Positions 9,649 through 17,484 of a stretch of 33,344 bases of DNA are shown here, piece after piece. Origin of the DNA: an uncultured bacterium (GTDB lineage Bacteria; B130-G9). The stretch spans positions 1 through 33,344 of the forward strand of contig CBDVDH010000044.1 in NCBI GenBank assembly GCA_965372715.1, in the 5' to 3' direction. The notes under the pieces were generated by a model. That model was not told the DNA's origin and did no database searches. It worked only from the letters and a program-made list of their open reading frames with translations. Position 1 is the stretch's first letter. The number at the start of each line of letters is the position of its first letter. The position numbers and the translations under genes were made by a program.

Positions 9649-9821
9649 TTGCAATCAAAAACGTATCTCTGAAGACCGCTCATCCACGTCCTAAACGCAA
9701 TTGTCATACGTTGAGCACGACGCCCAAGGCGCTTCGGGTGGCGAGGGGTCTTGGTCAAACAGCTATCATTTCGGCAGGTTTTTCCCCCTTGACGGAGGCA
9801 ATAGAGCTCAAGAACTTCTGC

Positions 9822-9851
9822 TTGATAACGCCTTCAAGGCTGGGATATAGT
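9822..9851 (+). promoter_or_regulatory. Possible sigma70 promoter for the DUF1015 gene
   Basis: TTGATA-N18-TATAGT, about 120 nt upstream of the ATG at 9973. Confidence 0.35.
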
Positions 9852-9972
9852 CATCCTTAGCCTTGTTTTTCTTGTGGGCCTTGTGATCGGAAATAATTTC
9901 CCAGAAAGGGCCGGGACTGCTTGCTGATACGTTTCATAGCCCCAATACGTTCGAGTCTGGTGGAGGAACAGG

Positions 9973-11316
9973 ATGGCACAGATATTCCCGTTTAGGGGCT
10001 ATCGATACAACGTTGAAAAGGTGAAGAGCCTCGATAAGGTAGTAAGCGATCCGTACGACAAGATAGGCGACGAGCTACAGGAGTTCTATTACGAGAGAAG
10101 CCCACACAACATCGTCAGGATCATCAAGGGCAAGACCTATCCGAATGACACGGAGTCCAACGACCAATACACGCGGGCGGCGGGTTTCCTCAATTCATGG
10201 ATAAGCGAGGGGATACTCAACCGGGACCAGACGCCCTGCATATATGTCTGCGATCAGGAATACATTGCCCCGGGCGTGGGGGGCGCCAGAACAAGGAAGG
10301 GATTCATTGCGCTTCTGCGGCTGATGTCCTACGAGGAGGGAGGCGTCAAGCCCCACGAGCGGACGCTTGCAGGCCCGAAGGCCGACAGATTGAACCTGAT
10401 GCGGGCTACCCAGGCACAGTTCGGTCAGATATTCATGCTCTACCCAGACCCCGAGAACCTGGTGAATAACCTTCTGGACGAGGCGCGCTCCGTGCGCGTG
10501 CCAGTAGTGGGGAGGGACCGCTTTGGCGATCTACACAAAATGTGGCCTGTCAGCGAGCCCAGGATCATAGGCGACTTGCAGAAGCTGATGCTGGACAAGC
10601 AGGTATTCATAGCCGATGGACACCACCGCTACGAGACCGCGCTGGCCTTTCGGGACGAGATGCGCGGCAAGGTTCCGCCAACCGACGAGCTCGAGACGAT
10701 AGAAAACCGCATGATCACGTTTGTTAGTTTTGACGATCCCGGCCTCTTAGTTCTGCCGACCCACAGACTGATAAGGCACGTGAAGGATTTCGATCCCGAG
10801 GCTCTTGTTGGGAGGCTTGGGGAGCTCTTCGAGTTGGAGATGCTGCGGTTCTCGGACGAGGCGTCCCGGGAGACCGCGCGGGGCAAGATGATGGCCCGCT
10901 TGGAGTCCGTCTCGGAGCAGGAACACGTATTCGGCATGGTGCTGGGCGGGCAGAGTCAGTTCATTCTGGCAAGGCTCAGGGACGAGGCGATTCTCGATAG
11001 GATGGTCACCGGGGTGGAATACGAGGAATTCAAGCGGCTCGACGTGGTTATTCTCCACATGCTTATCCTTGAGAATATCCTTGGGATAACGAAGGAAGAC
11101 CTGGCCCACGAACGTAACGTCGAATACTTGCGCGACGCGGGCCCCGGCATTGATTCTGTGCTCAAGGGCGACGCTCAGGCGCTTTTTGTCTTGAATCCTA
11201 CGAAGACCCGGCAGGTTCGCAACGTGGCTTCTGCCGGGGTCCGGATGCCTCAGAAATCTACGGACTTTTACCCTAAGCTCGTTACAGGCCTTGTGCTTAA
11301 CAAGCTTGGCCTATGA
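9973..11316 (+). CDS. DUF1015 family protein
   Basis: IFPFRGYRY, PYDKI, PHERTL, IADGHHRYETA, VLPTHRL and MPQKSTDFYPK. GGAGG RBS upstream. Confidence 0.9.
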   Translation: MAQIFPFRGYRYNVEKVKSLDKVVSDPYDKIGDELQEFYYERSPHNIVRIIKGKTYPNDTESNDQYTRAAGFLNSWISEGILNRDQTPCIYVCDQEYIAPGVGGARTRKGFIALLRLMSYEEGGVKPHERTLAGPKADRLNLMRATQAQFGQIFMLYPDPENLVNNLLDEARSVRVPVVGRDRFGDLHKMWPVSEPRIIGDLQKLMLDKQVFIADGHHRYETALAFRDEMRGKVPPTDELETIENRMITFVSFDDPGLLVLPTHRLIRHVKDFDPEALVGRLGELFELEMLRFSDEASRETARGKMMARLESVSEQEHVFGMVLGGQSQFILARLRDEAILDRMVTGVEYEEFKRLDVVILHMLILENILGITKEDLAHERNVEYLRDAGPGIDSVLKGDAQALFVLNPTKTRQVRNVASAGVRMPQKSTDFYPKLVTGLVLNKLGL

Positions 11317-11356
11317 TCCTAAATGAAGTTGTGAAGGATTAACTCTGGGTGATGCC

Positions 11357-11599
11357 ATGATGACGTTTTTCAAGCTGCTCGGGATTGTGGTAGCGGCGGT
11401 TCTGGGTGTTTTGGTCTTTTGGTTCGTGATCTTGCCGATTGTCGTGTTCTGTTTCGGTCTCTGTTTTTCAGTGCTTTGGGGGATTGCCAGCGTTTTGGCG
11501 TTTCTGGCAAAGATCGCGATATTCGTGGGGCTTCTGGCGTTTATTTGCTTGCTTCTCTTGCGAGTAGCTGCCTGGGGGCTTGAGCTGATTCTTTATTGA
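11357..11599 (+). CDS. Small hydrophobic membrane protein of unknown function
   Basis: 80-aa ORF, almost entirely hydrophobic, filling the gap between co-oriented genes. Confidence 0.65.
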   Translation: MMTFFKLLGIVVAAVLGVLVFWFVILPIVVFCFGLCFSVLWGIASVLAFLAKIAIFVGLLAFICLLLLRVAAWGLELILY

Positions 11600-11612
11600 G
11601 GGCGCTTGCTTC

Positions 11613-12677
11613 ATGGAAGCTCCATTGGTTGTCGAAGGCGACGTTGACATAAGGACCGGCGATATCGATGGCGCAGGCGATGTCATAGTCAAGGGCGACG
11701 TTCGGTCAGGCCAAGTCGTCACGGCAAAAGGCTCGGTCAGCGTCTCGGGAGTTGTTGAGGTCAGCACGATCAGCGCCGGGGGCGACGTTTCTGTGCTGTG
11801 TGGAATAGCTGGCAGAGGCAAGGGCAGGATTCGCGCAAAGGGCAAGATAACCGTTGGCTATGCGAACCAGGCTACGCTTGAGGCCGCCGCTGGCCTGGTT
11901 ATCGGCTCATCAGCTATGAATAGCACGTTATTGACCGATGGGGATGTTCTTATTGAAGGTGATGGCGTTCTTGTGGGAGGCGTCGTGATGGCGGGCGGCA
12001 ACCTCACGGCGAGGCGCGTTGGCCATAAGGGCGCAGACCTTTTGGACAAGAGCAAGGGCATGGCCACGCACGTGATTGAGAAGACGGTTATTATGCTCGG
12101 CCTTCCGCCGCCGGTCCGCAGGGACCATCTCGAGGCGCGGTCCCGGTTGTCGCTGGCCGAGAAGTTAGGACGCGCGTCCGCAAAGAACGTTCAATACCTC
12201 ATCTCGCGAGGAGTGCCGGGAATGGACAATGCGATGGCCGAGCGAGCAGCGTTTCTGGCCAAGGCGCCCGTTTCCGAGGCTTTTCTCTTGGGCAAGGGCC
12301 CAGAAGCCGCGCTTGAGGCCAACCAAGAACTGCAAACCATCGTGGCCAACATTGCGCTAGGGCTGCCATCGCCGTCCAAACATCCCGAACTTCAGGACAC
12401 CGAAATCCAAAATCTCGCGCTCCACCTGTATCACTTATACGCTGCGAATAGGTTCGTGATCGAGCTTTGCCAGCAGGAGCAGGACCGGTTGAGTTGCCCC
12501 GAGCTCAATTTGGGTGCTGCGCTCTGCGCTCAAGATACGGTTCACGAAGGCGTAGAGATAACGATAGGCTTTCAGGACTTTTTGGTCGAGCACGAGATGG
12601 CCGGGACGGTTTTCAGGCTTGCGGACGGCGAGATCGTGGCACAGCCATACAGCGCGGACACAGGCGAAGGGAGCTGA
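11613..12677 (+). CDS. FapA/DUF342 family beta-solenoid protein lacking the N-terminal domain
   Basis: Starts directly at VEGDVDIRTGDIDGAGDVIVKGDVRSGQVVTAKGSVSVSGVVE. Also has GVLVGG and a C-terminal TVHEGVEITIG. Confidence 0.8.
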   Translation: MEAPLVVEGDVDIRTGDIDGAGDVIVKGDVRSGQVVTAKGSVSVSGVVEVSTISAGGDVSVLCGIAGRGKGRIRAKGKITVGYANQATLEAAAGLVIGSSAMNSTLLTDGDVLIEGDGVLVGGVVMAGGNLTARRVGHKGADLLDKSKGMATHVIEKTVIMLGLPPPVRRDHLEARSRLSLAEKLGRASAKNVQYLISRGVPGMDNAMAERAAFLAKAPVSEAFLLGKGPEAALEANQELQTIVANIALGLPSPSKHPELQDTEIQNLALHLYHLYAANRFVIELCQQEQDRLSCPELNLGAALCAQDTVHEGVEITIGFQDFLVEHEMAGTVFRLADGEIVAQPYSADTGEGS

Positions 12678-12679
12678 GA

Positions 12680-13075
12680 ATGAGCGAAGAGACCAAGAAC
12701 GATTCGCCGCGCGGCGAACAGAAAAGGCACTTCTTTAGAGGGGAGGTGGCTCTGACTGTGCGAGCCGAACTGTTCGCGCTTCCCGACGGCTCAGAACTCC
12801 CAACTGATAGGGAGATACCCATCGATATGCTCAATGTAGGCGGCGGTGGAATGCTTCTTTTGGTGACGCGCCGGACCCCGACTACTGAGCTCGTCTGCGA
12901 CAGAGCACTGGTTGACCTGTCGATTCCGAGTTTTGGGTCGGTTCTCGTGGTACGGCTGCTTTCCCGCGTCGTCAGGATAGAGACGCCAATGCCGGACGAG
13001 CTCCGCCTTGCTCTTGAGTTTCTCCTCCTCTCTCCGAAAGAGGCCGACGCCATTGTGCGCATGGCCTCGCTCTGA
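12680..13075 (+). CDS. Stand-alone PilZ-domain protein (131 aa)
   Basis: RxxxR (RHFFR), NVGGGG, and SRVVR...LALEF. The ATG at 12680 follows AAGGGAG, 2 nt after the upstream stop codon. Confidence 0.75.
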   Translation: MSEETKNDSPRGEQKRHFFRGEVALTVRAELFALPDGSELPTDREIPIDMLNVGGGGMLLLVTRRTPTTELVCDRALVDLSIPSFGSVLVVRLLSRVVRIETPMPDELRLALEFLLLSPKEADAIVRMASL

Positions 13076-13123
13076 ACTCCTCTTGGCCCATCTCCATTTG
13101 AGTGAATTAAGGGAGGCAAAACC

Positions 13124-15007
13124 ATGACGAGGAAACGAGCGATGAGATTGCTAATTGTCGCCTTGATGCTTTCGCTTTTGGCGCTCGGCTGCGCCGGCAT
13201 GTCCGACTCGGCTAGATATAAAGCTTACGAGGCTAGAGACAGGGGCGACTATGACGACGCAATCGCGCTGTTCTCGAAGGCGATACGCCTGAATCCCCAA
13301 AGCGCCAAGGCTTACAAGGGGCGTGGACGGATACATCAGAAGAAAGGTCAGTATGACCTCGCCATAGCCGATTTCACAAAGGCCATCGAAATCGATCCCG
13401 AATTCAAATCAGCCCATAACTCGCGGGGGAACTGCTACAAGGCCCTTGGGCAACGCGACAAGGCTCTAGCGGACTACGACAAAGCAAATGAAATCGACCC
13501 ATCCTATTATCTGGCCTACAACAATCGGGGGCTCCTCTACGCTCGTGAGGAGGACTATGAGAAAGCAATTGAGGAATTCAGCAATGCAGTTGAGATAAAC
13601 CCAAGATACGTGAAAGTCCGCTGCAACCGCGGAGATACTTACGTTGACATGGGCAGATTCGATGAGGCGATTGCTGACTACTCAGAGGCGATCAAGATTG
13701 ATCCAAGATGTTGCAGGGCCTACGGAGCTCGCGGCGATGTGCGTTATCAGAGGGGGCTTATGGACGAGGCGATCGCGGATTATACAGCGGCAATCAAGAT
13801 AGAGCCCGGTCGTGCCAGCTTCTACTGCGATCGCGGGGACGCCTATGGCGACAGGGAAGACTATGACAAGGCGATCGCCGATTACGCGAAGGCCATGGAA
13901 CTCAGGCCCCAATACTGGAGAGCCTACTGCAATCGCGCGGGAACCTACGGCGATATGGGCGAGCTCGACAAGGCTCTCGGGGATTACGATAAGGCGCTCG
14001 AGCTGAAGCCCGACTCATCAGAGACGTTCAAGAGCCGTGCGTGGATGTTCGCGGAGATGGGTGAGTTCGAGAAGGCCATTCCTGACGTCAACAAGGCGAT
14101 TGAGTTGGTCCCAGAAAGCGCCTCGGCCTACGACACGAGAGGCTACGCCTACGCCGGGATGGGCAAGTACGAGCTGGCGCTCGCGGACTACGACAAGGCG
14201 CTTGAGCTCGTGCCCGACTATGACGCCGCATTCTATCATCGGGGTCGGCTCTTCTATGCCCACGGCGAGACCGAAAGGGCCCTGGCGGACTACGGTGAGG
14301 CGTTGGAGTTGAGGCCCAACTACGCTGAGGTCTATCTCAACCGGGCACGAATCCACGAGGATTGGGAGCGCTGGAAGAGCGCAATCGCTGACTACACCCG
14401 CGTGATTGAGGTCCGTCCCCGGTCGTCAGAAGGCTACGTCAGGAGGGCCTACGTCTATTCCACGCAGGGCCGGTTCAAGCTGTCGGTCGCGGACTACGAC
14501 AAGGCGGTTGAGGTCGATCCCACATGCGACGAGTGTTATTTGGGCCGCGCACGAGCTTGCCTCTCCATGCGCCTCCTGGACGACGCGATCGCAAGTTGCG
14601 GCAAGGCGATTGAGGTGAACCCGGAGTGCTGGGACGCGTATCAGCTGCGGGGAAGCTGCCACCTCGACAGGGGCGAGTTTGAGGCGGCGATTTCGGATTG
14701 CAGCAAGGCCGTTGAGATCAACCCGTTGTGTTGCGAGGCTTTCAACAGCCGGGGCTATGCCCGCGCTGCCCTGGGCTACGTAGAGAAGGCGCTTGAGGAT
14801 TACACCAGGGCCGTCGAGCTAAACCCGAGCTTTGCGGACGCGTACTTCAACATGGCCACAGTCTTGGAGGCGAAGGACCGAATCGACGAGGCGATACGAG
14901 CCTATCGGCTCTTCGTGCAGTACGCGCCTCTTGAGCGCGGCAAAGCCGTCCAGCACGTCAAGAAGAAGATAGTCCGCCTCTCGCACAAGCTCGAAGGCCG
15001 GCACTGA
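13124..15007 (+). CDS. TPR-repeat lipoprotein
   Basis: Lipobox LALGC followed by about 16-17 34-aa repeats (AYxxRG...AIADYxKAIELxP). AAGGGAGG RBS upstream. Confidence 0.92.
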   Translation: MTRKRAMRLLIVALMLSLLALGCAGMSDSARYKAYEARDRGDYDDAIALFSKAIRLNPQSAKAYKGRGRIHQKKGQYDLAIADFTKAIEIDPEFKSAHNSRGNCYKALGQRDKALADYDKANEIDPSYYLAYNNRGLLYAREEDYEKAIEEFSNAVEINPRYVKVRCNRGDTYVDMGRFDEAIADYSEAIKIDPRCCRAYGARGDVRYQRGLMDEAIADYTAAIKIEPGRASFYCDRGDAYGDREDYDKAIADYAKAMELRPQYWRAYCNRAGTYGDMGELDKALGDYDKALELKPDSSETFKSRAWMFAEMGEFEKAIPDVNKAIELVPESASAYDTRGYAYAGMGKYELALADYDKALELVPDYDAAFYHRGRLFYAHGETERALADYGEALELRPNYAEVYLNRARIHEDWERWKSAIADYTRVIEVRPRSSEGYVRRAYVYSTQGRFKLSVADYDKAVEVDPTCDECYLGRARACLSMRLLDDAIASCGKAIEVNPECWDAYQLRGSCHLDRGEFEAAISDCSKAVEINPLCCEAFNSRGYARAALGYVEKALEDYTRAVELNPSFADAYFNMATVLEAKDRIDEAIRAYRLFVQYAPLERGKAVQHVKKKIVRLSHKLEGRH

Positions 15008-15036
15008 CTGTTTGAGACACCAGTCAGTCGCCGGTA

Positions 15037-15143
15037 TGTAGGGGCGTGGTCTCAGACCCGCCCGCTTTATCGATTGAACAGAATCGGCCGTCGAGAACTT
15101 AGCAATCAATTAGAACGGGCGGGTCAAAGACCACGCCCCTACA
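15037..15143. repeat. Inverted REP-like pair (GTAG type)
   Basis: TGTAGGGGCGTGGTCTCAGACCCGCCCG (15037-15064) and CGGGCGGGTCAAAGACCACGCCCCTACA (15116-15143) are near-perfect reverse complements, and each is internally palindromic. Confidence 0.85.
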
Positions 15144-15346
15144 CAAATCCCCTTTCGCCTTTCCTCTTTTTCCCCATTGACCCATTGACCTTTCACCCGC
15201 GCGCCTCTCATTCAACGATTGAGCTCAAGACGACATGGTGGTTACGTGAGCGAAATGATGCACAATAACGCACATTAGTGCACAGTATTGACTCTGCAAT
15301 TCTTGAATCTTGAACGAAATCACTCTGACGAAGGCAGCGATAAACA

Positions 15347-16612
15347 ATGCAGAAACTGGTGATAAACGGCGGGAAGAGGCTGTCAGGGACCGTCGAGGTC
15401 TCGGGCGCGAAGAACGCGGCGCTTCCGATACTCGCGGCCACGATTCTGACGGACGGCAGAACACGTCTGAATAACGTCCCAAACGTGATTGACATCGACT
15501 CGATGTGCAGGCTGCTCGCCAATCTGGGCGTCGAAATAGACAAGATCGGGGACGACGGGCACGCGGTCCAGGTCAGAATGGGCGAGCTGTCGTCTCTTGA
15601 GGCGCCGTATGATTTGGTGCGTAAGATGCGGGCCTCTGTCATCGTCTTAGGCCCGATGTTGGCAAGGTATGGTCGCGCGCGGGTATCGATGCCGGGCGGG
15701 TGCGCAATCGGCGAGCGGCCCATCAACATGCACCTTTCGGCGCTCGCGAAGATGGGCGCGGACATCGGCATCGATCACGGCTACATTGAGGCGAGGGCGA
15801 AGCAGCTTGCGGGCGCGGAGATATGCCTCGACTATCCGACCGTCGGCGGCACAGAGAACATCATCTGCGCGGCGGCGCTTGCAAAGGGCACGACGGTAAT
15901 CGACAACGCTGCGAAGGAGCCTGAGATTGTCGATCTCGCCGACTTTCTGAACAAGGCGGGCGCGAGGATATCGGGCGCAGGGACGCATCGGATCGTCGTT
16001 GATGGCGTCAAGTCGCTGTCGGGCGTTGAGCACACGGTTATCCCCGACCGGATTGAGGCGGGGACGCACGCGATTGCGGCGGCGATCACGGGCGGCGAGG
16101 TGACGGTGGTGCGGAGCAATCCGGGGCATCTTGACGTGCTTTTGGAGAAGCTTAGCGACTCGGGCTGCCAGGTCGAGACGTCGGCGGATTCATTGACAGT
16201 CAGGGGCTGCGAGCGGCCTAAGCCGGTGAATGTCACGACGCTGCCGTATCCGGGCTATCCGACGGACCTTCAGGCCCAATGGCTTGCATTGATGACGCTG
16301 GCGGACGGCGCGAGCGTAGTCAAGGAGACTATCTTTGAGCGGCGCTTCATGCACGCTCAGGAGCTGAGGCGCATGGGCGCGAGCATCACTGTCGATGGGG
16401 ACACGGCCATCATTACGGGCGTCGAGAGCCTTCAAGGTGCGCCCGTCATGTGCACGGACATCCGCGCTAGCGCCTCGCTTGTCCTCGCCGGCCTCGTCGC
16501 GGCGAACACCACCGTCATCTCGCGGGTCTATCACCTCGACCGCGGCTACGAGCGCATCGAGGCGAAGCTGCGAGCGCTGGGCGCGGACATCGTCCGCGAG
16601 GAGGACCCGTAG
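15347..16612 (+). CDS. murA: UDP-N-acetylglucosamine 1-carboxyvinyltransferase
   Basis: SGAKNAALP, RKMRAS, PGGCAIGERP (catalytic Cys present), PDRIEAGT, PTDLQAQ and HLDRGYE. Confidence 0.98.
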   Translation: MQKLVINGGKRLSGTVEVSGAKNAALPILAATILTDGRTRLNNVPNVIDIDSMCRLLANLGVEIDKIGDDGHAVQVRMGELSSLEAPYDLVRKMRASVIVLGPMLARYGRARVSMPGGCAIGERPINMHLSALAKMGADIGIDHGYIEARAKQLAGAEICLDYPTVGGTENIICAAALAKGTTVIDNAAKEPEIVDLADFLNKAGARISGAGTHRIVVDGVKSLSGVEHTVIPDRIEAGTHAIAAAITGGEVTVVRSNPGHLDVLLEKLSDSGCQVETSADSLTVRGCERPKPVNVTTLPYPGYPTDLQAQWLALMTLADGASVVKETIFERRFMHAQELRRMGASITVDGDTAIITGVESLQGAPVMCTDIRASASLVLAGLVAANTTVISRVYHLDRGYERIEAKLRALGADIVREEDP

Positions 16613-16679
16613 GGGCAGGCCCCCGCGCCTGCCCTCTCTCATTGATTGTAAAGGGCAACCGCGGGGGGATTGCCCCTAC
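16609..16679. repeat. Inverted REP-like pair (GTAG type) overlapping the murA stop codon
   Basis: GTAG-GGGCAGGC-CCCCGC-GCCTGCCC ... AGGGCAACC-GCGGGG-GGATTGCCC-CTAC. Confidence 0.85.
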
Positions 16680-16746
16680 ACTGAGCGGGCGTCCACTTAT
16701 GACCCAGCCTCCAACCACCGTCACTACCAGGCCAGAGGAATGTGGG

Positions 16747-17469
16747 TCAGACGACCAGGACTGCAACGGTGAGGGCGGCTACGGCGCCGAACAAGAGGAC
16801 CTGTGATGCGGTGATCGGCTTCGTGTTGCCGCCCTTGAGCCAGACTTCGGGACCGGAATAGCCCTTGCTGGCCAGCCGGCCGAGAATGTCGTCCGATGCG
16901 AGATAGAGCCTCCTGAGCGCGAAGCTGACCAGCCTTTTGAGAATGCGGCGGGACCGGCCGACTGATTTCAGGCCAAAGGACCCGCCTCTCGCCCTTGCCG
17001 CGGTCCTTGCCGCCGAGAGTGAGTTTTTGCACGTCGGAAAGATCAAAAGGCCCGTTGAGACAAGTGAGACGAAGCTGTGGGAGAAGGATCCCGGACGAGT
17101 GGCAAACGGCAGAAAGCATCCAATGGCGCGCGTGAGTTCTTGTGGCTTTGCCGAGCCAAACAGGAGCGTCGCTGCGGCCCAAAGTGAGATTATCGTGAGC
17201 GCGAGCCTGGCCCCCCTTTCGCACCCGATCGCGGAGAACTGGCCGTAGCTCGAGCCATCCACAGCGAAAAAGCAATGCAGAGCAAACACGGAGCCAGCGA
17301 CGAAGAGCAAGGCGAGCAATGCGTGAGGGCGCCGCAGACGCGTTCTCCTGAAGAGAAGCAAAAGCAGTGCAAGCAGGACAGACAGGAATGCGAGCCGGAG
17401 TGTGCTCTTGGCGAAGAAGAGGGCGCCGGCCAGGGCGAGAAAGTAGAACAGCTTTAGCCTTGCGTCCAT
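16747..17469 (-). CDS. ECF transporter transmembrane T component (EcfT/CbiQ family), divergent
   Basis: MDARLKL N-terminus, several TM helices, an ARG motif (ARARGG) and a degenerate second motif (ASKGY). Confidence 0.7.
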   Translation of the reverse strand: MDARLKLFYFLALAGALFFAKSTLRLAFLSVLLALLLLLFRRTRLRRPHALLALLFVAGSVFALHCFFAVDGSSYGQFSAIGCERGARLALTIISLWAAATLLFGSAKPQELTRAIGCFLPFATRPGSFSHSFVSLVSTGLLIFPTCKNSLSAARTAARARGGSFGLKSVGRSRRILKRLVSFALRRLYLASDDILGRLASKGYSGPEVWLKGGNTKPITASQVLLFGAVAALTVAVLVV

Positions 17470-17484
17470 AGTAGGACGTTGTTT

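Noticed and set aside
12467-12679. N-terminal extension of the PilZ ORF
   Set aside because: It overlaps the DUF342 gene, and the ATG at 12680 has a good RBS.
13200-14900. Recurring DNA motifs (GACTACGACAAGGCG) at about 102-nt spacing as a CRISPR-like or DGR-like repeat
   Set aside because: They are explained by the 34-aa TPR periodicity. No cas or reverse transcriptase gene is present.
15003-15028. Hairpin ACTGACTG-N10-CAGTCAGT at the TPR gene stop
   Set aside because: It has no U-tract, so it is not called as an intrinsic terminator.
15150-15346. AT-richer murA leader as a possible riboswitch or ncRNA
   Set aside because: I could not match any known riboswitch consensus by eye. An Rfam/Infernal scan would decide it.
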